Source of the DNA: Bdellovibrionales bacterium
GTDB lineage: Bacteria > Bdellovibrionota > Bdellovibrionia > Bdellovibrionales > UBA1609
Direction: 5' to 3'
DNA: 64,000 nt
NCBI GenBank assembly: GCA_041690295.1
Contig: JAWLHR010000009.1
Location: 1 to 64,000, forward strand
In this document: positions 18,961-28,584 of the stretch, in pieces
Position numbering within the stretch: position 1 is the first letter of the stretch
Layout of the letters: the number at the start of each line of letters is the position of its first letter
Notes under the pieces: generated by a model
Database searches by the model: none
Told to the model about the DNA's origin: nothing
What the model saw: only the letters and a program-made list of their open reading frames with translations
Position numbers and translations under genes: made by a program

Positions 18961-20178
18961 ATGACCTATTCCCTGGCCCGTTTTCGACAGGAAAGACCTG
19001 AACCTCCGTTTCGACTGGGTGGCGTCTTTTTGCGCGCGGGAGAGGCGGGTTTGATCGCCGATGGACTGGAGGCGTACCCGCTTCGCGGTCCTCACGCCGC
19101 TTTGGACGCACTCAATCCCGGAGATTTAATCGTTCTCGAAGTGATCGCGGTAACGGATCACGAATTCCACTTCCAAAAAATAGAGCGGTTGCACTCGCCG
19201 GAAGAAGGCGCCGCGGGTATCCCGCGCCCCAAACCCCATGTCCCACGGTTCACCCGGTTTGTTCGCGATGTGCGCGAGTTTTTCCTTGGGAAAGGTTTTA
19301 ACGAAATCTTGACTCCCACACTGGTGCGCTGCCCAGGTTTGGAGCCCGCGCTCGAGCCGTTTCAAGTCGAGGCTCCAAGAATAAAGGCCTATTTGCCCAC
19401 CAGCCCGGAGATCCATTTGAAGAAAGTCATGGCGCAAGGCTGGACGGATGTGTTTGAGATCAAATCCTGTTTTCGCCGGGATGAGTTTTCTTCGCACCAC
19501 GAGAATGAATTTTTGATGCTGGAATGGTATCGCGCCTTCGCCGATCTGGATCAGATTGAGCGCGACTTGAACCATCTTCTTATGTACCTGGCGGCCAAAG
19601 GTTGGGTTGAAGGCGCGCCGCCCGAGCTGCGAACGACGGATTTCGCGACCTTGTTCCGTGAAGTGTTTGATTTTCATCTCACGCCTTCGACCACCCGCGA
19701 GGACCTGGTGACCCTATGCCGCAAACTCAAAATCCATACCGATGAATCCGACTCGTTTGATGACCTGTTTCAGCGTTTGTTGTTGGAACGCATCGAGCCT
19801 GAACTTGAGCGCTCGGGGCCGACGATCGTGCGACGGTTCCCCCCGTCACAGGCGGCTTTGGCCAAGATCGACAGCAGCGGTTGGGCGGACCGCTTCGAGT
19901 TTTATTGGCGTGGTCTTGAAATCGCGAACGCCTTCAACGAAGTTACGGATGCCGAGGAACAAAAGCGCCGCTGGGAGCATGAACGGCGCGAGCGTGAACG
20001 TCTCGGGACTTCACCGCTTCCCGAGGATCCAACTCTGATTCAGGCGCTCAAACAAGGACTGCCGCCGTCCGGCGGAATCGCGCTTGGAGTCGAACGGCTC
20101 TACATGGCGTGCTCGGGGGTTAAGGAAATTTTGGAGTTAAGGCTATTCCGAACCGCTGATTTACTCGCGCTTACTTGA
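18961..20178 (+). CDS. epmA: EF-P lysine aminoacylase (GenX/PoxA) with N-terminal extension
   Basis: YLPTSPE.HLKK, FR..E.S.HH..EF.MLEWYR, P.SQAALA, ADRFE.Y..GLEIANAF.E.TD..EQ, GLP.SGGIALGVERL. Confidence 0.88.
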   Translation: MTYSLARFRQERPEPPFRLGGVFLRAGEAGLIADGLEAYPLRGPHAALDALNPGDLIVLEVIAVTDHEFHFQKIERLHSPEEGAAGIPRPKPHVPRFTRFVRDVREFFLGKGFNEILTPTLVRCPGLEPALEPFQVEAPRIKAYLPTSPEIHLKKVMAQGWTDVFEIKSCFRRDEFSSHHENEFLMLEWYRAFADLDQIERDLNHLLMYLAAKGWVEGAPPELRTTDFATLFREVFDFHLTPSTTREDLVTLCRKLKIHTDESDSFDDLFQRLLLERIEPELERSGPTIVRRFPPSQAALAKIDSSGWADRFEFYWRGLEIANAFNEVTDAEEQKRRWEHERRERERLGTSPLPEDPTLIQALKQGLPPSGGIALGVERLYMACSGVKEILELRLFRTADLLALT

Positions 20179-20460
20179 TGGATAACCGCGATTGATGTCT
20201 TCTTTTAATTCTTTGCCGACTTTGAAAAACGGCAGTTTCTTTTCTTCCACATTGATCACTTCGCCCGTGCGGGGATTGCGACCTTTATAGGCTTCGTAAT
20301 CGCGATTAACGAAGGAACCGAACCCCCGAATTTCAATGCGGTCGTTGCGCATCAAGGCTTCGACCATGGAGTCGAAAATGGTGTTCACGACTGTTTCGGC
20401 CTTCACTCGCGTGATGTTGGCCTTTTCCGCTATCAAATTAATGAGGTCTGCTTTCGTCAT
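20161..20460 (-). CDS. ihfB: HU/IHF family DNA-binding protein (IHF beta-like)
   Basis: MTKADLI, RIEIRGFGSF, Y.GRNPRTGE, LPFFKVGKELK. Confidence 0.85.
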   Translation of the reverse strand: MTKADLINLIAEKANITRVKAETVVNTIFDSMVEALMRNDRIEIRGFGSFVNRDYEAYKGRNPRTGEVINVEEKKLPFFKVGKELKEDINRGYPSSKRE

Positions 20461-20503
20461 TGGCCTTCTTCATTTTGGGCAAGTGGTTGAAACTAGGTCC
20501 ATT

Positions 20504-21781
20504 CTAAGGAGAACCCGAAAGCCTTGGAAGAGAAAACCATCCTCTGTGCGCCGTGACAAAGCGACGTCGAGCCTTGGTGTAAGCTTCAAGTGTCTGAGCC
20601 AGCATTTTTTCGCTATCAAAAAGATTCAGGACCTTTTGTCGCGCCTGTTCACCGATTTCAGCCGCAGGGACTTGTTCGTTGAAAACCTGCAACATCAATT
20701 CGGAAAGTGTGAATGTATCCGCCGGACGAATCAAAAACCCATCCAGGCCATCTTCGATCACGTGGGCCAAGGGACTCACTTCCGACCCAATGATCACTTT
20801 CTTTTGCGCCATGGCTTCCAACAGACTTTGCTCCACGCCCGAACCGCGCGCGCTCAAATTCACGAAAACATCTCCCAGCGCGATGTAGTCGGCGACTTGC
20901 GAGGCGGGAATATCCCCGGTGAAAATCACACGGCTGCCGAGGGCGAGCCGCAACATCTCATATTCAATTTCTTTACGAAGCGGTCCGTGGCCGACGATGA
21001 TCAAGCGGGCGGTGGATTTTTTGACCGCCACACGTTCAAAGGCGTGAAGCAGGTTCCGAATTTCACCGAACTCGGTCATATCACTCACCGTGACCACGCA
21101 TTGGGCGGCGGCCGGGAGATTCAGTTTTTTCATCAACTCCGGCGAACGCTCGCGGGGCGATAAATCTTCGACTTCGATTCCAAACGGCACCATGAAAATC
21201 CGCAGATCCGGATAAGCGTAATAGCGCTCCAAGATGACCCGTTGCTGTGGGCTATGCACGATGATCGCGTCCGCGGTGTTCAAAATTTTTCTGTCATGGC
21301 GGTAATAGGTTCGTAAAAACGTGAGCGCCATCGCGAAACTCGCGCGCACCACACTGGCGAGAGTTTCCTGTGACATCCCCCAGATGGAGTGCACATGGGC
21401 CAAATGGGTGGCGTCCACGTCATAAACCACGGCCGTGCCGAAGGACTTTCGTTTTTGTCCGATCGCGAGGCCCGAGGCATCCAGGGAGTGAACCAGATGA
21501 AAGGGATTTTGCCGGTGAATGTCCTCGAACTTCTGCAATACCATTTCGGGAAATCGTTCGCGGCTCGCGCCCGCTTTCTCACCGAGGAAGTAAGCTTTAA
21601 CGCCGTTTTGTTCCACGTAGGCGAGGCGGCTTTTGTTCCGCCAGGAGATCACCGTGACCTGATGGCCTTCACGCACCAAGCCGCGGGCGATCGGCCATAA
21701 AAATCCCACCTCGCCCGAAGTGTTCAGCAGCGGAAAACGCTCGGACACGAGACAGATGTTCAGCGACTCTTTCGGCGGCAT
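20504..21781 (-). CDS. Glycosyltransferase family 4
   Basis: GT-B motifs ARGL...GHQVTVI, IVGHGP, DVFVN, LLEAMA...IIGS.V, DGFL. Confidence 0.85.
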   Translation of the reverse strand: MPPKESLNICLVSERFPLLNTSGEVGFLWPIARGLVREGHQVTVISWRNKSRLAYVEQNGVKAYFLGEKAGASRERFPEMVLQKFEDIHRQNPFHLVHSLDASGLAIGQKRKSFGTAVVYDVDATHLAHVHSIWGMSQETLASVVRASFAMALTFLRTYYRHDRKILNTADAIIVHSPQQRVILERYYAYPDLRIFMVPFGIEVEDLSPRERSPELMKKLNLPAAAQCVVTVSDMTEFGEIRNLLHAFERVAVKKSTARLIIVGHGPLRKEIEYEMLRLALGSRVIFTGDIPASQVADYIALGDVFVNLSARGSGVEQSLLEAMAQKKVIIGSEVSPLAHVIEDGLDGFLIRPADTFTLSELMLQVFNEQVPAAEIGEQARQKVLNLFDSEKMLAQTLEAYTKARRRFVTAHRGWFSLPRLSGSP

Positions 21782-21799
21782 AGAGATAAATCTACCACG

Positions 21800-22642
21800 T
21801 CAGTGATGACTGTAAAGCCGCGAAAGAAAATTGGCCGAAGAACCGGCTTGCAATTGGGCGACCGAACCGATCACCGGCAGGTGAAAATTTTCCGCCACCA
21901 ACGCGGAAACCCGAGCGGTCCAGGACGTGGGTGGCATTGAACGCAACCAGAAGCCGGCTGAATTTCGCGCGAGTCGTAGAAATCCCTGAAAATCCATCTC
22001 GGGACACATGTGTATGCGTGATCGGACTTGCTTCAGGTAAGCCCAGCCGGCGCGACGTTCGCGAACGGGATAATTTCCCCAACCTCCGATGATCATGACT
22101 TCGCGGTCGGGATTTTGTTCCAGGTGATCCGCGAGCATGAGGAGTTCAAGTTTAGGTTTGATCCAGCGGCTGACGGGCATGGGAATAATCCAGTGGGTTG
22201 ATTTCGCCTCGTCCTGTTCGCCCTCAAAAAAGAAATCGAGCGGCGTTTTGATGGGTTCAAAGGGCGCGAAGTCGTCCTCGTCGAACACGGTTGAGTAAGC
22301 GCGCAAGCGCGGAAAGAGGTCGCGCGCCCGCCCGAGATAAGGCCAAATGGTGAGCGCTGAAGGTCCTGTCATCCGCGAAATTCCAAAGCTGTGCAAAACT
22401 TCCGGTTGAAACTGAAGGATCGCCTTCAACCACGCCGCCGAGTGGTTCAAGCGCCACGTCGGCGCCGGGTTCGCCACGGTCAATCGCGGGTGTGCGATTT
22501 CGATCTCAGCGGGATCCAAGGTGGTCAGCGCCAGCACCTCATGCTGGCTTTCCGCCAGAGCGAGGATCATTTTCCAGGCGAAAGCGCCTTTCCATTCCTT
22601 ATCTGCCGGTGGTCGGTCCACCATCGCGATCAATCGCGCCAT
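21800..22642 (-). CDS. Hypothetical protein, degenerate GT-B glycosyltransferase-like
   Basis: LALAE..HEV..LT and FQPEVLH resemble a GT4 N-domain; directly upstream of the GT4 gene. Confidence 0.5.
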   Translation of the reverse strand: MARLIAMVDRPPADKEWKGAFAWKMILALAESQHEVLALTTLDPAEIEIAHPRLTVANPAPTWRLNHSAAWLKAILQFQPEVLHSFGISRMTGPSALTIWPYLGRARDLFPRLRAYSTVFDEDDFAPFEPIKTPLDFFFEGEQDEAKSTHWIIPMPVSRWIKPKLELLMLADHLEQNPDREVMIIGGWGNYPVRERRAGWAYLKQVRSRIHMCPEMDFQGFLRLARNSAGFWLRSMPPTSWTARVSALVAENFHLPVIGSVAQLQAGSSANFLSRLYSHH

Positions 22643-23068
22643 TCACAAAACACTCAGTATTTTTTCAAGAAATTTGGCATTGGCTTCGGGCAGTTCAAGT
22701 TCTTTAAGTTCTTTGGGCGAAATCCATTTGAGATCGAGATGCTGTTGCGGTTTGATCTGGCCTTTCCAGTATTTCACTTCATAGAAAAGAAAAATGATCC
22801 CGGTTTTTCCGTAGGTGTGGGTGTCGGCGAATTTCAGCGGGCCGATTTCCGCTTCAACTCCCAACTCCTCGCGAAGTTCGCGGGTCAACGCGGCTTCGGG
22901 ACTTTCACCCAGTTCGATTTTTCCACCCGGAAATTCCCAGGCGCCGGGAAGCGAGGAACCTTGAGGGCGTTGGCCGACCAGAACTTTGCCCTGACGGCGG
23001 ATCAACGCCGCCACGACCGCGACCCATTGGCTTCTGGTTTTTGATTTTTTTAGTTTGCTCGCAGGCAT
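22643..23068 (-). CDS. mutT: MutT-family NUDIX hydrolase
   Basis: WEFPGGKIE.GESPE.AL.RELREELG Nudix box; C-terminal PEAN. Alternative start 23092. Confidence 0.85.
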   Translation of the reverse strand: MPASKLKKSKTRSQWVAVVAALIRRQGKVLVGQRPQGSSLPGAWEFPGGKIELGESPEAALTRELREELGVEAEIGPLKFADTHTYGKTGIIFLFYEVKYWKGQIKPQQHLDLKWISPKELKELELPEANAKFLEKILSVL

Positions 23069-24033
23069 TTGGCCACTCGCCGAAAAAACCAAGGACCTTC
23101 GAAGATCAGAGCCGAATAGACTTGAACCAGATCGGCACCCAATCGTAAGCGTTCCGTCACATCATCCGCGGATAACACCCCTCCGACGGAGATGATTAAT
23201 TTATCTTGGCGGCGGGGGCCTAGGATATGCAAGAGTTGCTGCAACATTTTTCGCGAACGTTCCGCGAGAGGCTGTCCCGATACGCCTCCCTCTTTGGGGA
23301 ATTTGAGATTGTCACGGATGGTCTGCGAAGTGTTGGTCACAACCCAACCGTCGATTCCCAGTCGCAATGAAAGCTCGACCACTTCATTGAACTCGTTATC
23401 GTCCATGTCGGGGCTGAGTTTTAAGAGGATGGGCTCCTCGTTTTTAGCGGCGAGAATGGGCTTCAGGAATTCCTGGAGCCGCCCCGGTCGGAGCAAATCC
23501 CTCAATCCTTTGGTGTTCGGGCTCGAAATGTTCACCACGAAACCATCAACCAGGCCGCGCAGGCTTCCCAACAATTGAACATAATCATTGTGGGCTTGGT
23601 CCAGCGGCGTGGTCGCGTTTTTCCCGATATTGGCGAAAATAGGAGCGGGGAAGGGCCGTTTAAGTCTTTGCAGGCGTTTTTTGACCCGTTCCATTCCCTG
23701 TGAGGGAAAGCCCAAGCGATTCCACACGGCGCGATGGGGTACATCACGATCCACCACGGGAGGTGTGTTGCCGGGTTGGGGCTGCGGCGTGATCGTTCCG
23801 ACTTCGATAAAGCCGGCACCAAGCAACCACCAGGCCTTGATGTTGCGGGCGTCCTTGTCGACGCCGCCGGCGACGCCGAGTCGGTTGGGAAAATGCAAGC
23901 CTCGCCAGTCAAAGGGTTGCCATTCCGGAGGTCTTGACCCCCGGTAAATCAATGAAACGCCATTAATGAGTTGCGGTGAAACTTTATGGGCGAACGACGG
24001 GGATAGCCATAACCATGGCCGGATCCGTGTCAC
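23050..24033 (-). CDS. pyrD: Quinone-dependent dihydroorotate dehydrogenase
   Basis: F.NRLG.AGG.DK, EVGT.TP.PQ.GN, NIGKN, VNISSPNT.GLR, KLSPD, GG.SG.PL, SVGG, VQVYS. GTG start overlaps the gdh stop. Confidence 0.92.
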   Translation of the reverse strand: MTRIRPWLWLSPSFAHKVSPQLINGVSLIYRGSRPPEWQPFDWRGLHFPNRLGVAGGVDKDARNIKAWWLLGAGFIEVGTITPQPQPGNTPPVVDRDVPHRAVWNRLGFPSQGMERVKKRLQRLKRPFPAPIFANIGKNATTPLDQAHNDYVQLLGSLRGLVDGFVVNISSPNTKGLRDLLRPGRLQEFLKPILAAKNEEPILLKLSPDMDDNEFNEVVELSLRLGIDGWVVTNTSQTIRDNLKFPKEGGVSGQPLAERSRKMLQQLLHILGPRRQDKLIISVGGVLSADDVTERLRLGADLVQVYSALIFEGPWFFRRVAKCLRAN

Positions 24034-25286
24034 CAAGCTTGTCCCCGAAGCTTCATCGCGCGCTCCAAGCGCAACAGAGCGGTCGACATCGCGGACGTTC
24101 GCATATTGGTCTTTTGCGCATCCGCGAATTGCCATACTTTATCAAAGGCTTTGTAAATCACCTCGCGCAGTTTACTGCGCACTTCTTCCTCACTCCAGAA
24201 GAGCCAGGAGATGTCTTGCACCCACTCGAAGTAGGACACGACCACGCCGCCGCCGTTGGCCAAAATATCGGGAACGACCATGACGCCTTTCCCGCTGAGA
24301 ATCTCGTCGGCTTCACGCGTGACGGGACCGTTCGCGCCCTCAACGATGATTTTCGCCGTTACGTTCTTGGCGTTGCCTTGATGGATCACGCCTTCAAGAG
24401 CACAAGGCGCCAGAACATCAACGGGCAACTGCAAGAGTTCATCGTTCGAGATGGGTTGGGCCTCTGGGAAATCTTTGATCAGTTTGCGCTCTTTCACGTA
24501 GCGGGAGAGTTCGGCGATGTTGATGCCCTTTTCATTATAGAGGCCACCGGAAACATCGCTCACGGCCACCACGCGGGCGCCCTTGGCGTAGCCTTCGATG
24601 GCGGCGTACATTCCCACTTTACCGAAACCTTGAATGGCGAGGGTTGAGTCGGAAATGCGTTTACCCACTTTCTCAAGGGCTTTTTCGGTGGCGTAAATCA
24701 CTCCCAATCCGGTCGCGGATTCACGTCCCAGCGATCCGCCGATCTCTACCGGTTTTCCGGTCACTACGCCGGTTTGCGAGAACCCCGATTCCAACGAGTA
24801 GGTATCCAGCATCCAAGCCATGGTTTGCGAATCCGTTCCCACGTCCGGCGCGGGAATATCCTTATCGGCGCCGATGAACGGCGCGATTTCAGAAGTGAAC
24901 CGGCGGGTGAGATTTTCCAGTTCCGCTTTGGACAACTTGCTGGGGTCGACTTGCACGCCGCCTTTGGCTCCGCCCAAGGGCAACTGCAAGAGGGAATTCT
25001 TAAACGTCATGAGCGCCGCCAGCGCCGCCACTTCGCTCAAGTCCACCTGATGGTGGTAACGGATTCCGCCCTTGAAAGGCCCTAAGGTTTGGTTGTGCTG
25101 AACGCGATACCCAGAAAAGACTTTGACCCTCCCATCGTCCATTCTCACCGGGATCGATACCATGATCGTGCGGCGGGGATACTTCAGACGTTCAAGGACG
25201 TTTGGACTTAGGTTCACGACCTTGCCCGCATCCTCGACGATTTTCATTGTGTTTTGGTAGAGCGCTCCACTGGTTAGAGCATCCAT
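24030..25286 (-). CDS. gdhA: Glu/Leu/Phe/Val dehydrogenase (glutamate dehydrogenase)
   Basis: GPFKGGIRYH, MTFK, GGAKGG, DIPAPDVGT, QGFG.VG, EGANGP, PDILANGGGV..SYFEW. Confidence 0.92.
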   Translation of the reverse strand: MDALTSGALYQNTMKIVEDAGKVVNLSPNVLERLKYPRRTIMVSIPVRMDDGRVKVFSGYRVQHNQTLGPFKGGIRYHHQVDLSEVAALAALMTFKNSLLQLPLGGAKGGVQVDPSKLSKAELENLTRRFTSEIAPFIGADKDIPAPDVGTDSQTMAWMLDTYSLESGFSQTGVVTGKPVEIGGSLGRESATGLGVIYATEKALEKVGKRISDSTLAIQGFGKVGMYAAIEGYAKGARVVAVSDVSGGLYNEKGINIAELSRYVKERKLIKDFPEAQPISNDELLQLPVDVLAPCALEGVIHQGNAKNVTAKIIVEGANGPVTREADEILSGKGVMVVPDILANGGGVVVSYFEWVQDISWLFWSEEEVRSKLREVIYKAFDKVWQFADAQKTNMRTSAMSTALLRLERAMKLRGQAW

Positions 25287-25426
25287 GGGAAAGGCCTCCT
25301 GACCCTAAACTGGAGAAATAATTGGTTTTTGAATCTAGTGGAGCCACACTACTTCGTCGACCGTCGACGCAATATGTAAGGAGACCATGCTTGGTGCCTA
25401 GAACTTGTGATACTGGTGGTACTCTT

Positions 25427-26467
25427 ATGGTTATGAATGAATCGCGTTTTGAAGGTGATCGTCTCGTTACATTTTTGAAGTCCTTGCCCGATCGATTTGC
25501 GTCCATTTCCAAACCCCGATTGATCGTGGTCGGTGACATCGGCCTTGATGAATACGTCATGGGCGAGGTCCGGCGGATCAGTCCCGAAGCACCGGTTCCG
25601 GTGCTTGAAGTGCAATCCCAAGATTCGCGTTTGGGGCTCGCGGCCAATGTGGCGCAGAATGTGGCCTCGTTGGGTGGTGAAGCCTTTCTCGTGGCCGTGG
25701 TCGGCGCCGATGGGGCCGCGGATCAACTGCGCAAAAGATTGACCGAAGCCCAAGTCGATCCCGGGCACTTGATCGTCGACGACAGCCGTCCCACCACTCG
25801 CAAACTGCGCGTGATGTCGGGGGCTTATCATTTGGTGAGGGTCGATTACGAACGAAAGCAGTATGTTTCGGCTGAGGTTGAAAACCGGCTGGTGCAAAAG
25901 GTCATCAGTTTGCTGGATCAGGCCGATGGCGTCGTCATTGAGGACTACGCCAAAGGGGCTCTGTCGGAGAAATCCATTCAAGCCATAATTAAGGAAAGCC
26001 ACGCCAAAAAGCGCAAAGTTTTCGTTGATCCCAATCGATCCACGCCCGCCCGCTATTACAACGGCGCGGACGTGATCACCCCGAACCGGGACGAAGCGGT
26101 GGAGTTGAGCGGCCTCGATTTCGATGATCTCCGGGTGAATCCGAATTTCATCATGGAGGTCGGGCAAGCGCTCCGGGAAAGGGTTCAGGCGGAAAACATC
26201 GTGATCACGCGGGGAAAAGAAGGAATGACTTTGATCGGGGCGGCGGAAGCCGTCCACATGCCCACTTTCGCCCGCCAGGTGTTTGATGTGACCGGCGCGG
26301 GGGATACGGTGATCGCCGCGTTGGCTTTGGCCCATTCCAGCGGATTCACCCTGCCGGAGTCCTGTGTGATCGGCAATGTGGCCGCGGGGGTGGTTGTGGG
26401 TAAGGTCGGTTGCGTCCCCTGTGCCCGTGAGGACCTTATGGCCTACGCCTCATCCTTAACCGAATAG
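25427..26467 (+). CDS. rfaE1: D-glycero-D-manno-heptose-7-phosphate kinase (stand-alone HldE kinase domain)
   Basis: VGD..LDEY..G.V.RISPEAPVPV, G.AANVA, RPTT.K.R, DYAKG, DVTGAGDT, VVVGK.G. Confidence 0.9.
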   Translation: MVMNESRFEGDRLVTFLKSLPDRFASISKPRLIVVGDIGLDEYVMGEVRRISPEAPVPVLEVQSQDSRLGLAANVAQNVASLGGEAFLVAVVGADGAADQLRKRLTEAQVDPGHLIVDDSRPTTRKLRVMSGAYHLVRVDYERKQYVSAEVENRLVQKVISLLDQADGVVIEDYAKGALSEKSIQAIIKESHAKKRKVFVDPNRSTPARYYNGADVITPNRDEAVELSGLDFDDLRVNPNFIMEVGQALRERVQAENIVITRGKEGMTLIGAAEAVHMPTFARQVFDVTGAGDTVIAALALAHSSGFTLPESCVIGNVAAGVVVGKVGCVPCAREDLMAYASSLTE

Positions 26468-26543
26468 ATTAATATAATTACGCTGCTGGTATTTTTTCGC
26501 ACCGGGTTGCAAAACTCAGCCCGGCACCCTAAAACCAGCGGAT

Positions 26544-27596
26544 ATGCGGCAAAAACTGCGCTTTTTTGATCTCACGCTCAATGAGCTGACCCAGGCCCTT
26601 AAGGGACTCGGCAAGGAAGGGTTTCGGGCCCAGCAGCTTTATCGATGGATATACGGTCAGAACATGACCGATTTCCAGCGCATGACGAATTTCTCCAAGG
26701 AGTTTCGCGAGGAACTTCCCAACCTCTTTGATTTCTCACTGCCGGAAGTGGTTCACGTTCATAAGAGTGTGGACGGGACGACGAAAATCCTTTTCAACGT
26801 CGGCGCGGAAAAAAGCGTCGAGGCCGTTTTAATTCCGCGTCGCGACCAGTTGACCATCTGTTTATCTTCGGAAGTCGGTTGCAATATGGCGTGCAAGTTT
26901 TGTTACACTGGCAAACAGAAATTGCAGCGCAAGCTGGAAACCTGGGAAATCGTCGGCCAGTTCGTGCAAGCTTCTCGCTTGCTTCCCGAAGGACAGAGAA
27001 TCACCAACATCGTCTTCATGGGAATGGGTGAGCCGCTCGATAACCCCGACGCCGTTTTTAAGACCTGCGAGATCATCCATTCGGAATGGGGTTACAATCT
27101 TTCGCGCAAACGAATCACCATTTCCACATCCGGCATCGTGCCGCTGATTCCGCTTGTGACCAAAGCCGGTGTTCGCCTCGCCGTCAGTTTGAACGGTGTG
27201 AATGATCAAATTCGCTCGGAACTCATGCCGATCAACCGTAAATGGAATCTTGAACAACTACTCGAAGCCTGCCGGGAACATTGCCGCGAGAGCGGTGACA
27301 AGGTGACCTTTGAATATGTGTTACTCAAGGGGGTCACGGACTCACTGGACGATGCCCGCGCGCTTTATGAGCTGACCAAATCCGTTCCATGTAAAATCAA
27401 TATCATTCCCTTCAACGAGCATCCCGGCTCCGGGTTTCACCGGCCGGACGAGCCGGCCATCGTGAATTTTCAAAATGAGTTGATTCGGCTCGGCGCCCAT
27501 GTTTTACGTCGTAAGACAATGGGGCGGGACATTTACGCGGCCTGTGGACAGTTGACCACGGCGAAAAGTAAATCCACCATCCCGCTTTCTCGTTAA
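26544..27596 (+). CDS. rlmN: 23S rRNA (A2503)/tRNA (A37) C2-methyltransferase
   Basis: CLSS.VGCNMACKFC, NIVFMGMGEP, STSG, FEYVL, N.IPFN, G.DI.AACGQL. Confidence 0.95.
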   Translation: MRQKLRFFDLTLNELTQALKGLGKEGFRAQQLYRWIYGQNMTDFQRMTNFSKEFREELPNLFDFSLPEVVHVHKSVDGTTKILFNVGAEKSVEAVLIPRRDQLTICLSSEVGCNMACKFCYTGKQKLQRKLETWEIVGQFVQASRLLPEGQRITNIVFMGMGEPLDNPDAVFKTCEIIHSEWGYNLSRKRITISTSGIVPLIPLVTKAGVRLAVSLNGVNDQIRSELMPINRKWNLEQLLEACREHCRESGDKVTFEYVLLKGVTDSLDDARALYELTKSVPCKINIIPFNEHPGSGFHRPDEPAIVNFQNELIRLGAHVLRRKTMGRDIYAACGQLTTAKSKSTIPLSR

Positions 27597-27621
27597 ACAA
27601 AATAAGAGGGGCTGAGTCTCT

Positions 27622-28524
27622 ATGAATTCGATTTTGGTTGTGGGTAGCGTCGGCTATGACACCATCGTGACGCCGAAAGGCCGCCGTGAACACATCGTGG
27701 GTGGCTCGGCCAATTATTTCTCCATGGCGGCCTCGATGTTCACCTCGGTGCGCGTGGTTGGCGTGGTGGGCGAAGATTATGAAAAAGAGCACCTGCAAAT
27801 GCTCGAGTCGCGAGCCGTCGACATCAAGGGTCTTCAGCAAGTGAAGGGCAAGACCTTCGCTTGGGAAGGCAAATACGAGAACGACATGAACGAGGCCATC
27901 ACCCTCGCCACGCACTTGAATGTCTTTGAAAATTTCCATCCGGAAATTCCCCAAGAGTACCGCGACTCCGAAGTGGTGTTTCTCGCGAACATCGATCCGA
28001 CCTTGCAGCTTCAGGTTCTTGAGCAAGTCAAAAAACCGCGTTTGATCGCGGCGGACACCATGAATTATTGGATCCATTCCAAAAAAGACGAATTGCTCAA
28101 AGTCTTGGGCAAAATCGACGTGCTTCTGATCAACGAACAGGAGTTACGCGCGCTCACGGGGAGCTGGAACACCATTCGCGCGGCCAAAGACGTGCTCGAA
28201 CTTGGACCGAAGGCGGTGGTGATCAAGCGCGGGGAGTATGGATTCGTACTTTACACCGAGTCCAGATTCTTCATCCTTCCGGCCTTTCCGGTGGAAGAAG
28301 TGGTGGATCCGACGGGTGCGGGCGACACGTTCGCCGGCGGTTTCCTGGGTCACTTGGCTCAAAACGGCGGCACGTTCAACCGAGAAGAACTCAAGCAAGC
28401 CTGCGTTTACGGTTGCCTTATGGCCAGTTTCACGGTTCAGGACTTTGGACTCGATGGAATCCGCCGGGTCACCGTTGGCGAGCTTAAAGAACGCCAGGCG
28501 GCCTACCAGCAAGTCATTTCCTAG
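27622..28524 (+). CDS. PfkB family carbohydrate/nucleoside kinase
   Basis: VGS...D, GGSA.Y, DTMNYWI, N..E, IKRGEYG, DPTGAGDTFAGG. Confidence 0.9.
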   Translation: MNSILVVGSVGYDTIVTPKGRREHIVGGSANYFSMAASMFTSVRVVGVVGEDYEKEHLQMLESRAVDIKGLQQVKGKTFAWEGKYENDMNEAITLATHLNVFENFHPEIPQEYRDSEVVFLANIDPTLQLQVLEQVKKPRLIAADTMNYWIHSKKDELLKVLGKIDVLLINEQELRALTGSWNTIRAAKDVLELGPKAVVIKRGEYGFVLYTESRFFILPAFPVEEVVDPTGAGDTFAGGFLGHLAQNGGTFNREELKQACVYGCLMASFTVQDFGLDGIRRVTVGELKERQAAYQQVIS

Positions 28525-28546
28525 ACTGGACCAGGTGTCTAATCTC

Positions 28547-28574
28547 TAAATAAGAATTCAGAATTTTCCGATAT
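28547..28574 (+). promoter_or_regulatory. Sigma28 (FliA)-type promoter
   Basis: TAAAT-N15-TCCGATAT, 10 nt upstream of ATG 28585. Confidence 0.55.
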
Positions 28575-28584
28575 TTACTCAAGA

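Noticed and set aside
26496..26511. TTCGCACCGGGTTGCA as a sigma54 promoter for rlmN
   Set aside because: No GG at -24 and the spacing is one base short.
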